DNA of 64,000 nt, from assembly GCF_963506605.1 (NCBI RefSeq), contig NC_083277.1, forward strand, positions 9,672,001 to 9,736,000, written 5' to 3'. Positions 34,141 through 47,062 of this stretch are shown piece after piece. A program made the translations under genes and the position numbers. The notes beneath the pieces are model-generated. The model saw nothing but the letters and a program-made list of their open reading frames with translations. It made no database searches and was not told the origin of the DNA. The first letter of the stretch is position 1; each line of letters begins with the position of its first letter. Source of the stretch: Zootoca vivipara (lineage: Eukaryota).

Positions 34141-35373
34141 CAGGTGCTGCAGTGAATCACAGAATCGTGGAGCTGGAAGGGATCACCAAGGGTCATCCAG
34201 TCCAACCACGGAAGTTGTGTCCCGGTTTGCAAACTTTACCTCAGTCTAAGAACAGAATCCGAAAGGTGGGAGGCCTCATTAGGGAAAGCGTGCCTTGGTT
34301 TAAGAACGGTTTTGGTTTAAGAACGGACTTCCGGAATGGATTAAGTTCGTAAACCGAGATACCTCTGTATTTAAAAAGTCAGGATTACAGGGCTGCACTA
34401 AATAAGGCCTCCATCTGCATTGTAAATTTAAAGCTGTATCATCCCACTTTAAACAGGCATGGCTTCCCCCAAAGAATCCTGGGAACTGTAGTTTGTTAAG
34501 GATGCTGAGTTAGGAGACCCTGGCTCACCTCTTACAGCTACAATTCCTAGAATTCCCTGGGAAGAGGAATTGACTGTTAAGCCACATTGGGAAGTATAGC
34601 TCTGTGAGGGGAGCAGGGTGTCTCTTGACAACTCTCAGCACCCTCAACAAACTACAATTCCCATGATTCCTTAGAGGAAGCCATGATCGTTTAAAGTGGC
34701 ATGGTAGTGCTTTAAATGTATAGTGTAGGTGGAGCCTAGGACCTGGGGAAAGCTCACCGAATCTGTCATTGTGTCTCTCCTAGCCTGACCTACCTCACAG
34801 GGTTCTGAGCTTCTCAGAAGAAAGGACGGGGGTAAATAATATGTTTGTGTTTGTTCCTGTAGGCATTTGCCTGGTCTTTAGCTTGAACAAGAAACATTTC
34901 ATGCATTTATACAAAGACTTAACATTACCCTCTTGGCATCTGACCATTAAGGTGCTTTAAGCCCAGTGTGAGGCTCTTGTTAGGATCCAACTTGCCTCAG
35001 ATCCATCCTTGTTGTTCAGCAACATCTGGAGGGCCAACTCCAGGTTCAGATGCCATAGATCTCAGAATATTAGCTGTCTGCCAGGGATTGCTGGCAGCCT
35101 GGTTCACACATTACTTTAAACCACAATTAAACTAAACTATGGTTTAAACAACAGGAGCTTTGCTCCTCCCCCACCCCAGCTGCTGCTAGGGAAACAAACC
35201 ATTGTTCCGGCTCACTGTTTGTTTCCCTCAAGCAAACCATGAGTGGTAAGCCAAGAACAATGGCCCCTCCAGGCATCCTCCCTATTGTGCATTCTTGATT
35301 ATTTCTGCTCATGATGGTATTGGGTAAACACGATCGCATCTTCACTTAAGCTTACATCTGCAAAGGTTTAGGG

Positions 35374-35508
35374 CAGGCATCCCCAAACTTCGGCCCTCCA
35401 GATGTTTTGGACTACAATTCCCATCTTCCCCGACCACTGGTCTTGTTAGCTAGGGATCATGGGAGTTGTAGGCCAAAAATCTGGAGGGCCGCAGTTTGGG
35501 GGTGCCTG
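35374..35508. mobile_element. hAT MITE
   Basis: TSD GTTTAGGG on both sides. Confidence 0.9.
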
Positions 35509-36542
35509 GTTTAGGGGCAGACATACTGTTGCATATGTAATACCACATTTACACGAATCTACAGTCATTGCTTCCCTTTTGGAACCCTGGGAACTGTAGT
35601 TTTACGAGTGCTGGAGATTGTGGCTATATGAGGGGCCTCCTACCAGCTCTCAGCACCATGAACAAACTACAGTGGATGGACAAAAGCTCCCATCAGCCCC
35701 AGCCAGCATGCCCAATGGTCAGGGATGATGGGAATTGTAGTCCAACAACTGGAGGGCCACAGGTTCCCCCAGCCCACGCCAGAAATGTAAGCTACATTCT
35801 CCTTAGTCAGTGAAATGGTCACTCTCCTCCTGTTTTTCCTTCGGTTCTTCAAAGTGGCTGGAGGTTTGTTTGTTCTTTCAAGTTTTTTTCATGTCTACTC
35901 AGAGGTAAAGACCACTGAGCGAAACAGAATATTTTTCCACATACGTGTGTAGAGCAGAGCTTTCCAAACTTTTCATGTTGGCGACACACTTTTTAGACAT
36001 GCATCATTTTGTGATACAGTAATTCAGTTTTACCAGCGGAGGTTAAACTAACCCTTTTCCAGCCCTGGGGGAAGTGTGGTGAGAGTTTATGCAACACACC
36101 TACACACTGCAGCCAACACACCAACAAGTTGCAACACACCGTTTGGAAAGCTCTGGTGTATAGGATTGCAGACTGATCGCTAGAATGACCCTTGATATTC
36201 ATAAAAAAGGAAGAAACCTTTTAATGGTGTTACAGGACATATTATACCCAATTATTTAATGTAACATCTTTCCTGTGTCAGCTATGCAATGAGGTGCCAT
36301 CCAATTTCTCTTTATCTAAACTGAACTAGATTGTGTCAACGCACACACGCTCCACACAAATGACAAATTAAAACAGGTAAGATTTTGGACGTTACATAAA
36401 ATTGAACCAATCACAGCAAGTACCTGTTTGGTAACATACAAAACTGAGTGAAAAGCAAACCTATTTCAGTAAGCAAGTCTTGTAATATTAAAAGCGTGTG
36501 TGTCCCCCAAATATGTAGCCTCAGGGCTTCCTCACCATAGCA

Positions 36543-36727
36543 CAGGGGTTCCAACTTGAATAAAACATGGGGGAGGCAGGTTAAGCCCTGCCCCACATAA
36601 TTGATCACATGATGCACACACCATTTGAATGGCAATGCCCATCAACTTGGGGGGGGATTTGGCCCCCTGAAATATTTTATGGAGTGGGGAGCGAATGCAC
36701 CTTGGCCCCTAGAAATTGGTTCCTATG
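36543..36727. mobile_element. hAT-like MITE (related copy at ~19960-20148)
   Basis: Imperfect TIRs; near-TSD CCATAGCA/CCACAGCA. Confidence 0.6.
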
Positions 36728-37171
36728 CCACAGCAATATCAGGAATACCTTAGAAGTCGTCTAAAAACCACCAGTTGGTCATTTCTAACAAGACAGACAA
36801 TACTTGAAATGTTTAGCAAAATATCTAAATTAAGTCCAGATGGAATCACTGGTGGCACAACAGCTTCAAACCATAACCTCTCCTGACTCAAGTAACAGCA
36901 GTCCTCAGGCTGCTTTCTCCCTTCTCCTCTCAGGGAAAGGTGGTTCTCCATTAGCCCTTGTGGTGGCGTTGAGGTGAAGGAGCATATGGAAAGAATTATG
37001 ATCTGATCCACCACAGAAAAGTTACTTGTTTCCTAATAAGTATCCCTCATGATCTCTTTCCACAATCAGAGCATTTAAAATATCCATCCTTCTGATGGAT
37101 ATTATCTGATGTGACATCCTCATTCTTCCTCTGGGTTATTTCCTCTATAAAGGCCGATATGCAAATGTTTG

Positions 37172-38866
37172 TCACAACAGGGCGATTTCATAGGAGTTCT
37201 CCTCAGTGTGGACTCTCTTATGCTGGCTAAAAGCAAGAGGGTCCGTGAAACTTTCCCCACACACCAAGCAAGTCTGTGGCTCCTCCTTCTCCTCCTGTGT
37301 GTGTGTTTGCATGTGCTTGACAAGAGTTTTTCTGTGAGCGAAGCTCTTCCCACATTCCGAGCACTTATGAAGCCGCTCTCCTGTGTGGATCTGCTGGTGT
37401 TGGAGGAGGCGAGAGCTGACGCCAAAACTTTTCCCGCAATCTGCACATTTATAGGGTTTCTCCCTCGTGTGGGTGAGCTGATGTCGGATGAGGCAAGAGC
37501 TGAGGTTGAAACATTTCCCACAATCCGCGCACCTGTACGGCTTCTCTCCCGTGTGGATTCTCTCATGTACAACAAGGCTCCCCTTCTGACTGAACGTTTT
37601 CCCGCACTCCGCGCATCTGTAGGGCTTCTCTCCAGTGTGGGTCCTCTGGTGCCGAACAAGGTCGTGTTGTATAATGAAGGATTTCCCACACAGTGAACAC
37701 TCGTAGGGTTTCTCCCCCGAGTGGAACTGTATGTGCGACATGAAATTTCCGATCCAGCGGAATCTTTTGCCACAGTCTGAGCATTCGTACGGTTTTTCTC
37801 GTGTGTGAAGTCGCTGGTGCTCAACAAGTTTAGAGTTCACACTGAAGGACCTCCCGCAGTCCAAGCATTTGCATGGCTTCTCTTTCGTGTGGGTTTTCTC
37901 ATGGGCTACAAGGTTCCCTTTGAGGGAGAACTTTTTCCCACACGCTGAGCATTTGTAGGGCTTCTCGCCCGTGTGGCTTCTCACATGTGTGACCAGGTTG
38001 CACTTCTTGCTAAAGCTTTTGCCGCACTCGGAGCATTTGTACTGAGTCTCCCCCGTGTGGGTTCTGTAATGCCTGATAAAGTCAGTGTTCATACTAAAGG
38101 ATCGGCCGCACTCCAGGCACGTGTACGGTTTCTCCCCTGTATGGTTTCGGCGATGTCTGACAAGATCAGCATTTTTGCAGAAGGACTTCCCGCAGTCCGA
38201 GCACTTATAGGGCTTGTCCTCGGTGTGGAGTCTCTGATGAATGACAAGGTTCCCTTTCTGAGAAAAGCTTTTCCCACAGACCGCACAGGCGAATGGTTTC
38301 TCTCCAGTGTGCATTCTCAAGTGAGCAACCAGGTGGCTCTTCGTTCCACAGCTCTTACCACAGTCCGAGCATTCGTACATTCTGTCTCCCATGTGGGTTC
38401 TGTAATGCCTAACGAAGTCAGAGTTCATGCTGAAGGACTTTCCGCAGTCGGCGCATTTGTACGGCTTCTCCCCAGTGTGGTTTCGGTGGTGCCTGGTGAG
38501 GTCAGCGTTCTTACAGAAAGACTTCCCACATTCTGAGCATTTGTACGGTTTCTCTTCCATGTGGATCCTCTCATGGACCGCAAGATGCCCTTTCTGAGAG
38601 AAACTCTTACCACACGCTGAGCATCTGTGCGGTTTCTCCCCCGTGTGGGTTCTCTGATGACTAATAAGGTGAGAATTCATGCTGAAAGACTTTCCGCAGT
38701 CTGGACACTTATGTGGTTTCCCTTCCATGTGGGTGCATGTAGACCTTGGAGAGTCCATCTCACATTCGGTCAATGCCACTTGCTTGTCATTTTTCTCGAT
38801 CTCCTCCTTGGCTGTGATGGCATCTAAATCTTTAAAGTTTTTTGCACACAGAATGGGCTCATCCAT
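37172..38866 (-). CDS. Gene 4: 564-aa protein with 18 C2H2 fingers, no SCAN or KRAB
   Basis: Uninterrupted ORF; candidate acceptor before 39003; in-frame TAG upstream of the ATG. Confidence 0.9.
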   Translation of the reverse strand: MDEPILCAKNFKDLDAITAKEEIEKNDKQVALTECEMDSPRSTCTHMEGKPHKCPDCGKSFSMNSHLISHQRTHTGEKPHRCSACGKSFSQKGHLAVHERIHMEEKPYKCSECGKSFCKNADLTRHHRNHTGEKPYKCADCGKSFSMNSDFVRHYRTHMGDRMYECSDCGKSCGTKSHLVAHLRMHTGEKPFACAVCGKSFSQKGNLVIHQRLHTEDKPYKCSDCGKSFCKNADLVRHRRNHTGEKPYTCLECGRSFSMNTDFIRHYRTHTGETQYKCSECGKSFSKKCNLVTHVRSHTGEKPYKCSACGKKFSLKGNLVAHEKTHTKEKPCKCLDCGRSFSVNSKLVEHQRLHTREKPYECSDCGKRFRWIGNFMSHIQFHSGEKPYECSLCGKSFIIQHDLVRHQRTHTGEKPYRCAECGKTFSQKGSLVVHERIHTGEKPYRCADCGKCFNLSSCLIRHQLTHTREKPYKCADCGKSFGVSSRLLQHQQIHTGERLHKCSECGKSFAHRKTLVKHMQTHTQEEKEEPQTCLVCGESFTDPLAFSQHKRVHTEENSYEIALL

Positions 38867-39572
38867 GTCAATTTCTGGAGGCTGTTGCTTTCTGCCTTCA
38901 CTCCATGCTGAGGGACCCTCTCTTTGGTAGATGTCCTAGTATGTTTCCTTAGCCAAGGGCTTTTGTGCACATGATCCTGGCCATCTTCTCTGCTCAGAGT
39001 TTCCTTATAGAAGAAAGAAAAATTCCTGAGTGAGTCTTAAATCTGAAGGTTGTAAAACCGAAGGTCCTCCAGATGTTGCTGACTACAGCTCCTGTCACCC
39101 CTGATCATTGGCAATGCTGATAAGCTCTGTTGGTAAAGCATGAGACTCTTAACCTCAGGGTCATGGGTTCAAGACCCACGTTGGGCAAAAGATTCCTGCA
39201 TTGCAGGGGGTTGGATCTTTGTGGTCCTTCCAACTCTACAGTTCTATGATGCTATGATGGGAGTTGGAGGCCACATCCACACTATACATGCTGTGGCCTC
39301 TTTCAAAGAATCATGGGAACTGTCCTCTGCTCATGGTGGGGTGAGCTGTTAGAGGAGACCCTCTATTCCCCCCCCACAGAACTACAATTTCCCGAGCAGT
39401 TAAAACAATCAATCCTCCTTCCCAGAGAACTTGGGAAATTGCTCTGGGAGGTATTTCCAAGTTAATATGCGTAGGACCAACTTGGATGGCTTTAAAAGAG
39501 GGTTAGGTAAATTCAGGGAGGATAAAGCTATCAGTAGCTACTCACCCTGATGGCTATGCTTTGCCTCTAGCC

Positions 39573-39883
39573 CAGGGGCCAGCAACCTTTTTCAGCCGTG
39601 GGCCAGTCCACTGTAGTGGGCCAGACTATATTTTGAAAAAATAATAATGAACAAATTCCTATGCCCCACAAATAACCCAGAGGATGCATTTTAAATAAAA
39701 GGACACATTCTGCTCATGTAAAAAACACCAGGCAGCCCCCACAAATAACCCAGAGATACATTTTAAATAAAAGCACACATTCTACTCATGTAAAAACATG
39801 CTGATTCCTGGACTGTCCGCAGGCCGGATTTAGAAGGCGATTGGGCCGTATCCGACCCCCGGGCCTTAGCTTGCTTACCCCTG
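39573..39883. mobile_element. hAT (Charlie/Buster-like) non-autonomous element
   Basis: CAGGGG...CCCCTG ends, TSD CTCTAGCC, internal ~70-bp tandem duplication. Confidence 0.85.
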
Positions 39884-40009
39884 CTCTAGCCAAAGACAGA
39901 ATGCCAATTGCTTCACAAGTGCTTTTGTGTGAGTGGCAGTTGCCCTTCAGAGCTTCAGGCAGGGGACATTCCCAGCCCCCCTGGGATTGACCCTGGTGCC
40001 TTCCGAATG

Positions 40010-40181
40010 CAGGCCCGCCTCTAGGGGTAGTTTTGGTGGCGTGCTGCGCCAGGGCGCCGGGCCAGCAGGAGGGTGCTGCACGGCAAAGCCGCGCAGAAGC
40101 CGTGCTGCGCCCGCCCACCAGGGCGGGGGCCGCCGGAGCGATCTTCGCGCCACGGCGCCCGACCGGCTTGAGACAGCCCTG
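40010..40181. mobile_element. CpG-rich hAT MITE
   Basis: TSD TCCGAATG at 40002-40009 and 40182-40189; imperfect 15-bp TIRs. Confidence 0.8.
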
Positions 40182-40874
40182 TCCGAATGCAAAGGAGATG
40201 CTCTTTCTCTGTTTTCTGAGCTAGCACCCTTCCCCTCCTGATGCTTTGGACCTCAATTCCTATCAGCCCCAGTCAGCATGACCAGGGATCAGGAATGATG
40301 GGAGTTGTAGTCACAACAACATCGCCTGGCTGTGAGTCTTGAAGGCCACTAGCTGCAAGGCCCTTTCCACTTGGCCTAGGGGGCAGGGCCCAGACTCACC
40401 AGCTCTACTAAAGAGACGCCTGGTGAGACTGGAGGGACATCGCTATGCCTGACAACAAACCCCTATTGGATTCTTTTGCCCCATCTTTTGGCAACTGCAA
40501 CCTACCTTATATATCGGGAGTTTCTAACCCTGATAAGGAGCACAGGACGTTGCCTTACACCAAGTCAGACTACCGGTCCGCGTAGCTCAGGACAATGACT
40601 GGCAGGGTCTCTCCAGGGTTTCAGGCAAGGGCCTCCCCTAACCCTACGAGGATGTGCCACTGGAGCTTGAACCAGGACCTTCTGCATGCAAAGCAGATGC
40701 TCTGCTACTGAGCGACGGTGGGCTTACAAAAGAAAGAGGGGAGAGAGGCGCCTATTCCTTATCCATATGAAACCAGAATGCAGTTCTTTCTCCTCCTTAA
40801 TTCGTCCCCTCCAGACCCCCGTCCCCCGTCCCCGTCCCCTCTTACTCTGCATTGCCTAAACAGGCTCCTGCAAG

Positions 40875-41026
40875 GCAACTCTCCTCCTCCTCCTCCTCCT
40901 CCTGCAGCTATTCAAAATTTGCCCTCCCCTGGACCAAGGAGGCGGGCCAGGAAGAGGCCCTTTCCCCATTTGCCTTTCCTAGCATCCCCGGGCCCCTCTA
41001 GGAACAAGCCTCTCTCTCGCTTTAAC
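40875..41026 (-). promoter_or_regulatory. Putative promoter and exon 1 of gene 4
   Basis: Paralogous to 49920-50043; GC box; shared motif CTAGGAA-N16-TTTAAC at 40998-41026. Confidence 0.6.
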
Positions 41027-42050
41027 GCCTTCTGGAAGGCTGCATGGCAAAAAGCTCACCGCGCTGCTGGTGCTGTCACTTTGTGCCCTGTGCTAGTTTG
41101 TCTATGGCTTGCCCCCCCACCCCACCAAAAAAAAACCCAAGCAAAATTCAGAAGTGCTGGTTTTGTTTTGCTTTAGCTGAGATTCCTGCATTGCAGGGGG
41201 TTGGACTAGATGACCCTTGGGTTGCCTTCCAACTTTACAATTCTATGATTCTATGACCCTCTGGGCTGCATGAGCAGTTTCTCGCCTGTGTATACAACTC
41301 TGCAGCCAAAAATGCCCTAACATCTTGCATCACAAGCAAAAGGTGAAATTCTAGGTTAAAAAAAAAACCTTTTGTGGACCTAAGGCACCTAATTAAGATT
41401 CACAGCATTTATTTGTTAGATAGATAGATAGATAGATAGATATTGAATTTATGTACCATCCTACACCTGGGCGTCTCAGGGTGGTTTACAGAATACAGTA
41501 GATAGAAGATAGGCTGGCAGGCAGGCAGTTAGACAGATAATAGACCCTTCCTACAAGAAGCCCGAGGTGGCATAAATGGTTCATGATCTGCCCCAACTTT
41601 ATCCACTCAGCAACCCTGTGAGGTAGGCAAGGCTGAGACTCTGCATCTGGACCAAGGTCACCACTGAGCTTCATGGTGTAATGGGGTTTTGAATACATAT
41701 CTCCAAGGGTTCCAGTACTGTATTACATAGTCTTTGGGGGGTGGGGCTGCGGGGAGACAATCCTGGATTGACCAGGTCTGCCAATGTTGCAAAATGTTGT
41801 GAAATGACTTTACTTAAAAATAAAAGTGGATCAGCATCATAAACACACTTCAATATGTCACCACTTTAGTGCGGTCGTAATTTAAAGCTGCAAATTCAAA
41901 CATTTTATGACCTTTTCGTAACAATTCTTAGAAGTTCATACTTAATGAATTTGATAAAATATCAGAATAGAGATATGTAGCATGAATCATTTTTGCTGGT
42001 TTTAGATGTTTTGCCTCCACAGATTTTCAACTTTTGATATTATTTAAGCC

Positions 42051-42102
<52 letters not shown>

Positions 42103-42194
42103 TTCATTGAGCTGTCTTGGAAGGCAGGATATAAATAACCATATTGATCAGATGCATATAAATAAATAAAGGACACAATAAAGTGAGATGGTGT

Positions 42195-42472
42195 TGTAAG
42201 CCAAAAATGGCTTATCTTCTGAGTTTACGGCCGCCAATAAAACTCAGACACAAGAGGAGTTAGGAGTCCATTGTTGTTTATTGCAAAGCAATAGGTTACA
42301 GTCGAATCTTTTCGCAAAACTGTAACCCTGCCCAAGGGTCCGGGCAGGGGTATTTATGAGTTTCAAACAAAGCATTTCAATTTCCACCAATCATATACCT
42401 CATTTCATGTTTAATACACATGCACAATAAGCATTGCTGACTAAGCTTTGATTCCCACCATGATCAGTTACA
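42195..42472 (-). mobile_element. Probable short solo LTR (~278 bp)
   Basis: TGTAA...TTACA ends; on the minus strand ATTGG, CATAAATA and AATAAA occur in promoter order; TSD uncertain (GTGT, offset by 2 nt). Confidence 0.6.
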
Positions 42473-44178
42473 CTGTGTTAGTATGCATGTTGGGAATAGT
42501 CCCCAAAAACACAGGCAAGAATTCTGGGGCGGGGGGAAGATACAACTCCAGTCCAGAGCGCTGCTGGATCCAACCCAAAACCTCTCGAATCCTGCATCCT
42601 GCTTCTCACCACAGCCAGCCAGCCACAAAGTCCTCTGCATTAAACTGTCGGAGGCACTAATTCTTCTGAATACCAAGTGCTAGAAACTGCAGGAGAGAAG
42701 AGCCTTGTGCTCAGGCAGGTCCTGCTTGCTGGTTTCCCACAGTCATATTGTTGGCCACCATGAGAACAGGATGCTGGACTAGAAGAGCCTTTTGCCTAAT
42801 CTAGAAGGGCTGGTCTTACTTTCTTAGGTCCACAAGGGCAAGGGGGGGGGGCATAATGACAACAGCCTCTTCCCCACTATATGCCCAGCAGTTGGTTCTT
42901 AAGAAGGGGGTGCCTGGCATTTCCTCAAAATCTGTACTAGATAATTATGTTCATCTGACATATCTGGAAGGGTGCAGGAAGTTATTAGAAAGTGACCAGT
43001 GGAAAGTGGGGAATATTGTACAAAAACCTGAAGGTAAGGACTGGATTAAGACCTTTAGAGCACCTAAGCACTTACAAGATTCTGGTGCCCCCATAGATAC
43101 CCAATTCAAACTATAAACAACAATAAACCGTTAAAAAAAAAATCCGAAATGAAACAAAGCCTACAGTAAGATGGAAAATAATGTTTATTTTTGCATACTT
43201 CCACTTTATATTTATTTTTTATTGTTGTATATATAGTATGCATTTTTTCCCATTTGTTGCGGGAGCCTTCTTTGTGCAACCTGGTTCAGCTGCACCATAT
43301 GACTACTGTAATGGTAAATCCAGCAATGGAAAATTTCTGTAATGCCTCCCTAACCTCGACACCCTACGCAAAGCCTTATTTTGCTTAATGGTTAATCCAG
43401 CCCTGGTTGGGGGTGAGGACCAGCCCTAACTTCCCCTCAGCTGGCTTTGCACTTCCTTTTTCTCCTTGCCCTTCATGTATTTCCTTGCCGTCTCTTTACC
43501 CCGGCCTTGGACACTCAAAATGTGTTTTTCCCTACTCCTGTGATTGCAATCTGTTTTGACTGTTTTCCAGAATTTTAAATTGTTGTAACCTACCCTTGGT
43601 CCTGCTGTTGAAAAGCAAGTAATAAATGACCGGTAAGAATAGTATTACTATATTCAATAACTTGCCAGACCAGTCAGAATTGATGGTGCCAATTTCGCCT
43701 TCCACATTTTAGTGATAATTCTTTTTGCTGCTTTCAGCAAATACGAAACCAGAGCCAGCTACAGCTACAGCTCCACTACAAACCCTTGTAAAATAATAGC
43801 TCAATAATATTATTTTTGGACCGTTTGGTAATAAATACCTGGTCATTCCAAGATAACATTTTGGACAGTAAAGCAATAAGTTTGAATTATCTATTAACTC
43901 CAAAATATACGTAAACAGCCTGCGTGTTGACCACCATATCATCAACATATATCCTGTGCAGTATGTGTGTGTATGAGAAATTCAATAAAGAATCAGATAC
44001 TGTTGATATTGCACATATATATATATATTCCTTCCAGCCTACAGATATAATTTGTGGTGGTCTCCTAGCCCAGATCCATTTCTAGCCTTCCAAAGCTAGT
44101 TCCTGCTGAATAACTCTCATTCATTTTCACACAAATATTTCAGTTTTAAGATCTATAATTTCATCATTATAGAACATA

Positions 44179-44379
44179 CAGTTGTACCTTGGATCCCAAA
44201 CGCCTTGGTACTCGGACGTTTTGGCTCCCAAATGCCACAAACCCAGAAGTGAGTTTGCGAACATTCTTTGGAACCCGGACTTCCTGCAGCCAATCAGAAG
44301 CTGTGGTTTGGTTTCCAAACATTTTGGAAGTCGAACGGACTTCCAGAACGAATTCCGTACGACTTCCAAGGCACGACTG
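44179..44379. mobile_element. Tigger/pogo-like MITE
   Basis: TA-flanked TIRs CAGTTGTACCTTGGA/TCCAAGGCACGACTG. Confidence 0.8.
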
Positions 44380-44801
44380 TATTTTATTATGGCTATGCTC
44401 TGCCTCCATTGTTGGAGACAGTAAATGCTTCTTGACAGCAGTTGCTGGAAGCGGCAGCAGAGGAGGGTGTTCTCCTGCTCAAGTATTACTTTGCAGCTTT
44501 CCCAAGGGCATCTGGTTGGCCATTGTAAGAACAGGATGCTAGACTATATGGGCCTGATCCAGCAGCCTCTTCTCATATTCTTAATACCAATTAATCTTTT
44601 CTTACATTCTGATGTAAGAGTTGTATTTCAATTACCGTACCTCCCTTTGGAGTCCACAATTTCTTAATTGACCCCTGCTTATTAAGTGCTTCCTGAAGGA
44701 TCTTACTGCTCTTAGAAAATTAACTGTGCCAAATAAACTACTTTGAGGCTGATGAGAGATTGAAACTTTTTCCCATTAGGAAAATTAATATGAATTGCTT
44801 T

Positions 44802-45139
44802 CATAGCTGCCAAGTCTCCCGTTTTCCCTAGGAAATCCCCGTTTTTCCAGCTGTTCCTAGCTGAAAAAACGAATCCCCCCCCCAGTTTATTCTGGCGTGG
44901 TGGCCATTTTGGAACTGGGAGGAGCATGCTCAGAAGTGACTTTTGATGCTGCTCTGCCCAGTTCCGAAATGGCTGCAGTGCGACTTCTGGCGCGGCGGCC
45001 ATTTTGGAACTGGGCAAAGCAGCATCAAAAGTCACTTCTGAGCATGCTCCGCCCAGTTCCAAAATGGCGACAGCGCTACTTCCGGTCTGCTATTTCCGGC
45101 CCGGTCCCTTATTTCTCTGACAGCTACTTGGCAGGTATG
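44802..45139. mobile_element. hAT non-autonomous element 85 bp past the gene 5 stop
   Basis: TIRs CATAGCTGCCAAGT/ACTTGGCAGGTATG; TSD ATTGCTTT; internal alternating inverted subrepeats. Confidence 0.88.
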
Positions 45140-45224
45140 ATTGCTTTGCTCTGTGTGCATTCACTTGTGAGGAAGACAACTATAGCAATCATGGATCAAC
45201 CCAACGCCTGCTTCCAGGGGATTT

Positions 45225-47062
45225 CTATGGTTTCTTCACTGAATGGGCTGCCAAATGTTTGAAAAGGTTCGTTTTACGAGTGAAACACTGACCGCAGTCC
45301 AAGCACTTGTATGGTTTTTCTCCTGTGTGAGTCAACTGGTGCCGAATAAGTTTTGAGCGTATACCAAAACATTTCCCACATTCAGAACACAGAAACGGTT
45401 TCTCCCCTGTGTGCATTTGCTGGTGGCGGATCACAAGGTAACTAAGGCTAAAACATTTGCCGCAATCGGTACACTTATATGGTTTCTCCCCTGTGTGGAT
45501 CCTCACATGGACAATGAGGTCTCCTTTCTGGCTGAAGCTTTTCCCGCACTCAGAACACTTGTACGGTTTCTCTCCTGTGTGCATTCTCCGGTGTTTAGTA
45601 AGCTCAGAGTTTGTATTAAAGGCCTTATCACAGTCTGAACACCGATAGGGCTTTTCTCCACTGTGGTTTCTCATATGAATAATGAGATTTTGCTTGTAAT
45701 TGTAGCTTCTGCCACAGTGCAAGCATCCATAGGGTTTCTCATACGTCTGCGATTGCTCCCCTGAATGGACGATTATATGTTTGAGAAGGCCATCTTTCCG
45801 GCTAAAGCTTTTCTTACAGTCCGAGCATTCATATGGTTTCTCGCCCGTGTGGGTTCTCTGATGTCTAAGGAGATCAGAGTTCATAACAAAGGATTTCCCA
45901 CAATCCAGACATTCATATGGTTTCTTCTCTGAGTGGAACTGCAGGTGTGCTGCGAGTCTCCCTTTCCAGATGAAGCTTTTGCCGCAGTCTGGACATTCGT
46001 ATGGAGCGTCTCCCGCATGGAGTCTCTGATGTGCAATAAGTTTGTAGTTTGCTTGGAACGATTTGCCGCATTCCAAGCATTTATACGGTTTCTCTTCTGT
46101 GTGGATTCTCTCGTGAAGAGCGAGGTTTCCTTTCCGAGTAAATTTCTGCCCACAGTCTGAGCATTCGTATGGCTTCTCCCCAGTGTGGATTCTCCTATGT
46201 GTGGCTAAATGAGATTCTTGCCTGAACCTCTTGCCACAGTTCCAGCAGTCGTAAGGTTTGTTTTCTGAGTGGGTTCTGTAATGTTTAAAGACTTCCGAGT
46301 TTGTAGTGAAAGATTTCTCGCACTCTGAGCATTTGTACGGTTTCTCCCCGGTATGGGTCCTGGCGTGTGCAACCAGGTTACATTTCTTATTGAAGCTTTT
46401 GCCGCATTCTGAGCATTCATGTTGCTTCTCTCCTGTGTGGGTTCTGAAATGTATAATAAAGTCAGAATTCATGCTGAAGCTTCTCCCGCACCCTGAGCAC
46501 CGATACGGTTTCTCCCCTGTATGACTGCGCTGGTGTCGAAGGAGGTCAGCGTTCTTACAGAATGATTTCCCACAATGCAAACACTTGTACGGCTTCTCTT
46601 CTGCATGGATTCTCTCATGCATAGCAAGATTTCCTTTCTGAGAGAAGCTCTTCCCACATACGCTGCATTCATAGGGTTTCTCCCCTGTGTGGGTTCTATA
46701 ATGTCTAATAAGGTTAGCGTTCCTACAGAAGGTTTTCCCACAGTCTGAGCACTTATACGGCCTCTCTTCTGCAATGTAGGAGCTGTTATCACATTCCGTT
46801 GAGGTTACTTGTCCCTCATCCTTCCCTTTTGCCTCCTTGGCTGAGATTTCATCCAGGCCTTTGCTGCTTTCTGAACATCTAATTGTTTTATTTAATATCC
46901 CGCTGGGATTTCCCACCCATTGTCTCCAAACAGCTTCCACCTTCATAATGCACTGGGTATCTTGCTCTTTGGCTGTCTGCGCTGCTGCCTGGAGTGGCTC
47001 CCTCAGCTCAGAGCTCTTCAGCTCTTGGTTCTTGTTAGCTTCCTCATTCAAAGGCTCCATAT
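45225..47062 (-). CDS. Gene 5 main exon: 18 C2H2 fingers, no SCAN or KRAB
   Basis: Acceptor tttccttcag| before 47062; ATG at 47060; intact ORF. Confidence 0.92.

Noticed and set aside
44802-45139. CRISPR-like repeated palindromic units
   Set aside because: Internal subrepeats of a hAT element with an 8-bp TSD in eukaryotic DNA; no unique spacers or cas genes.
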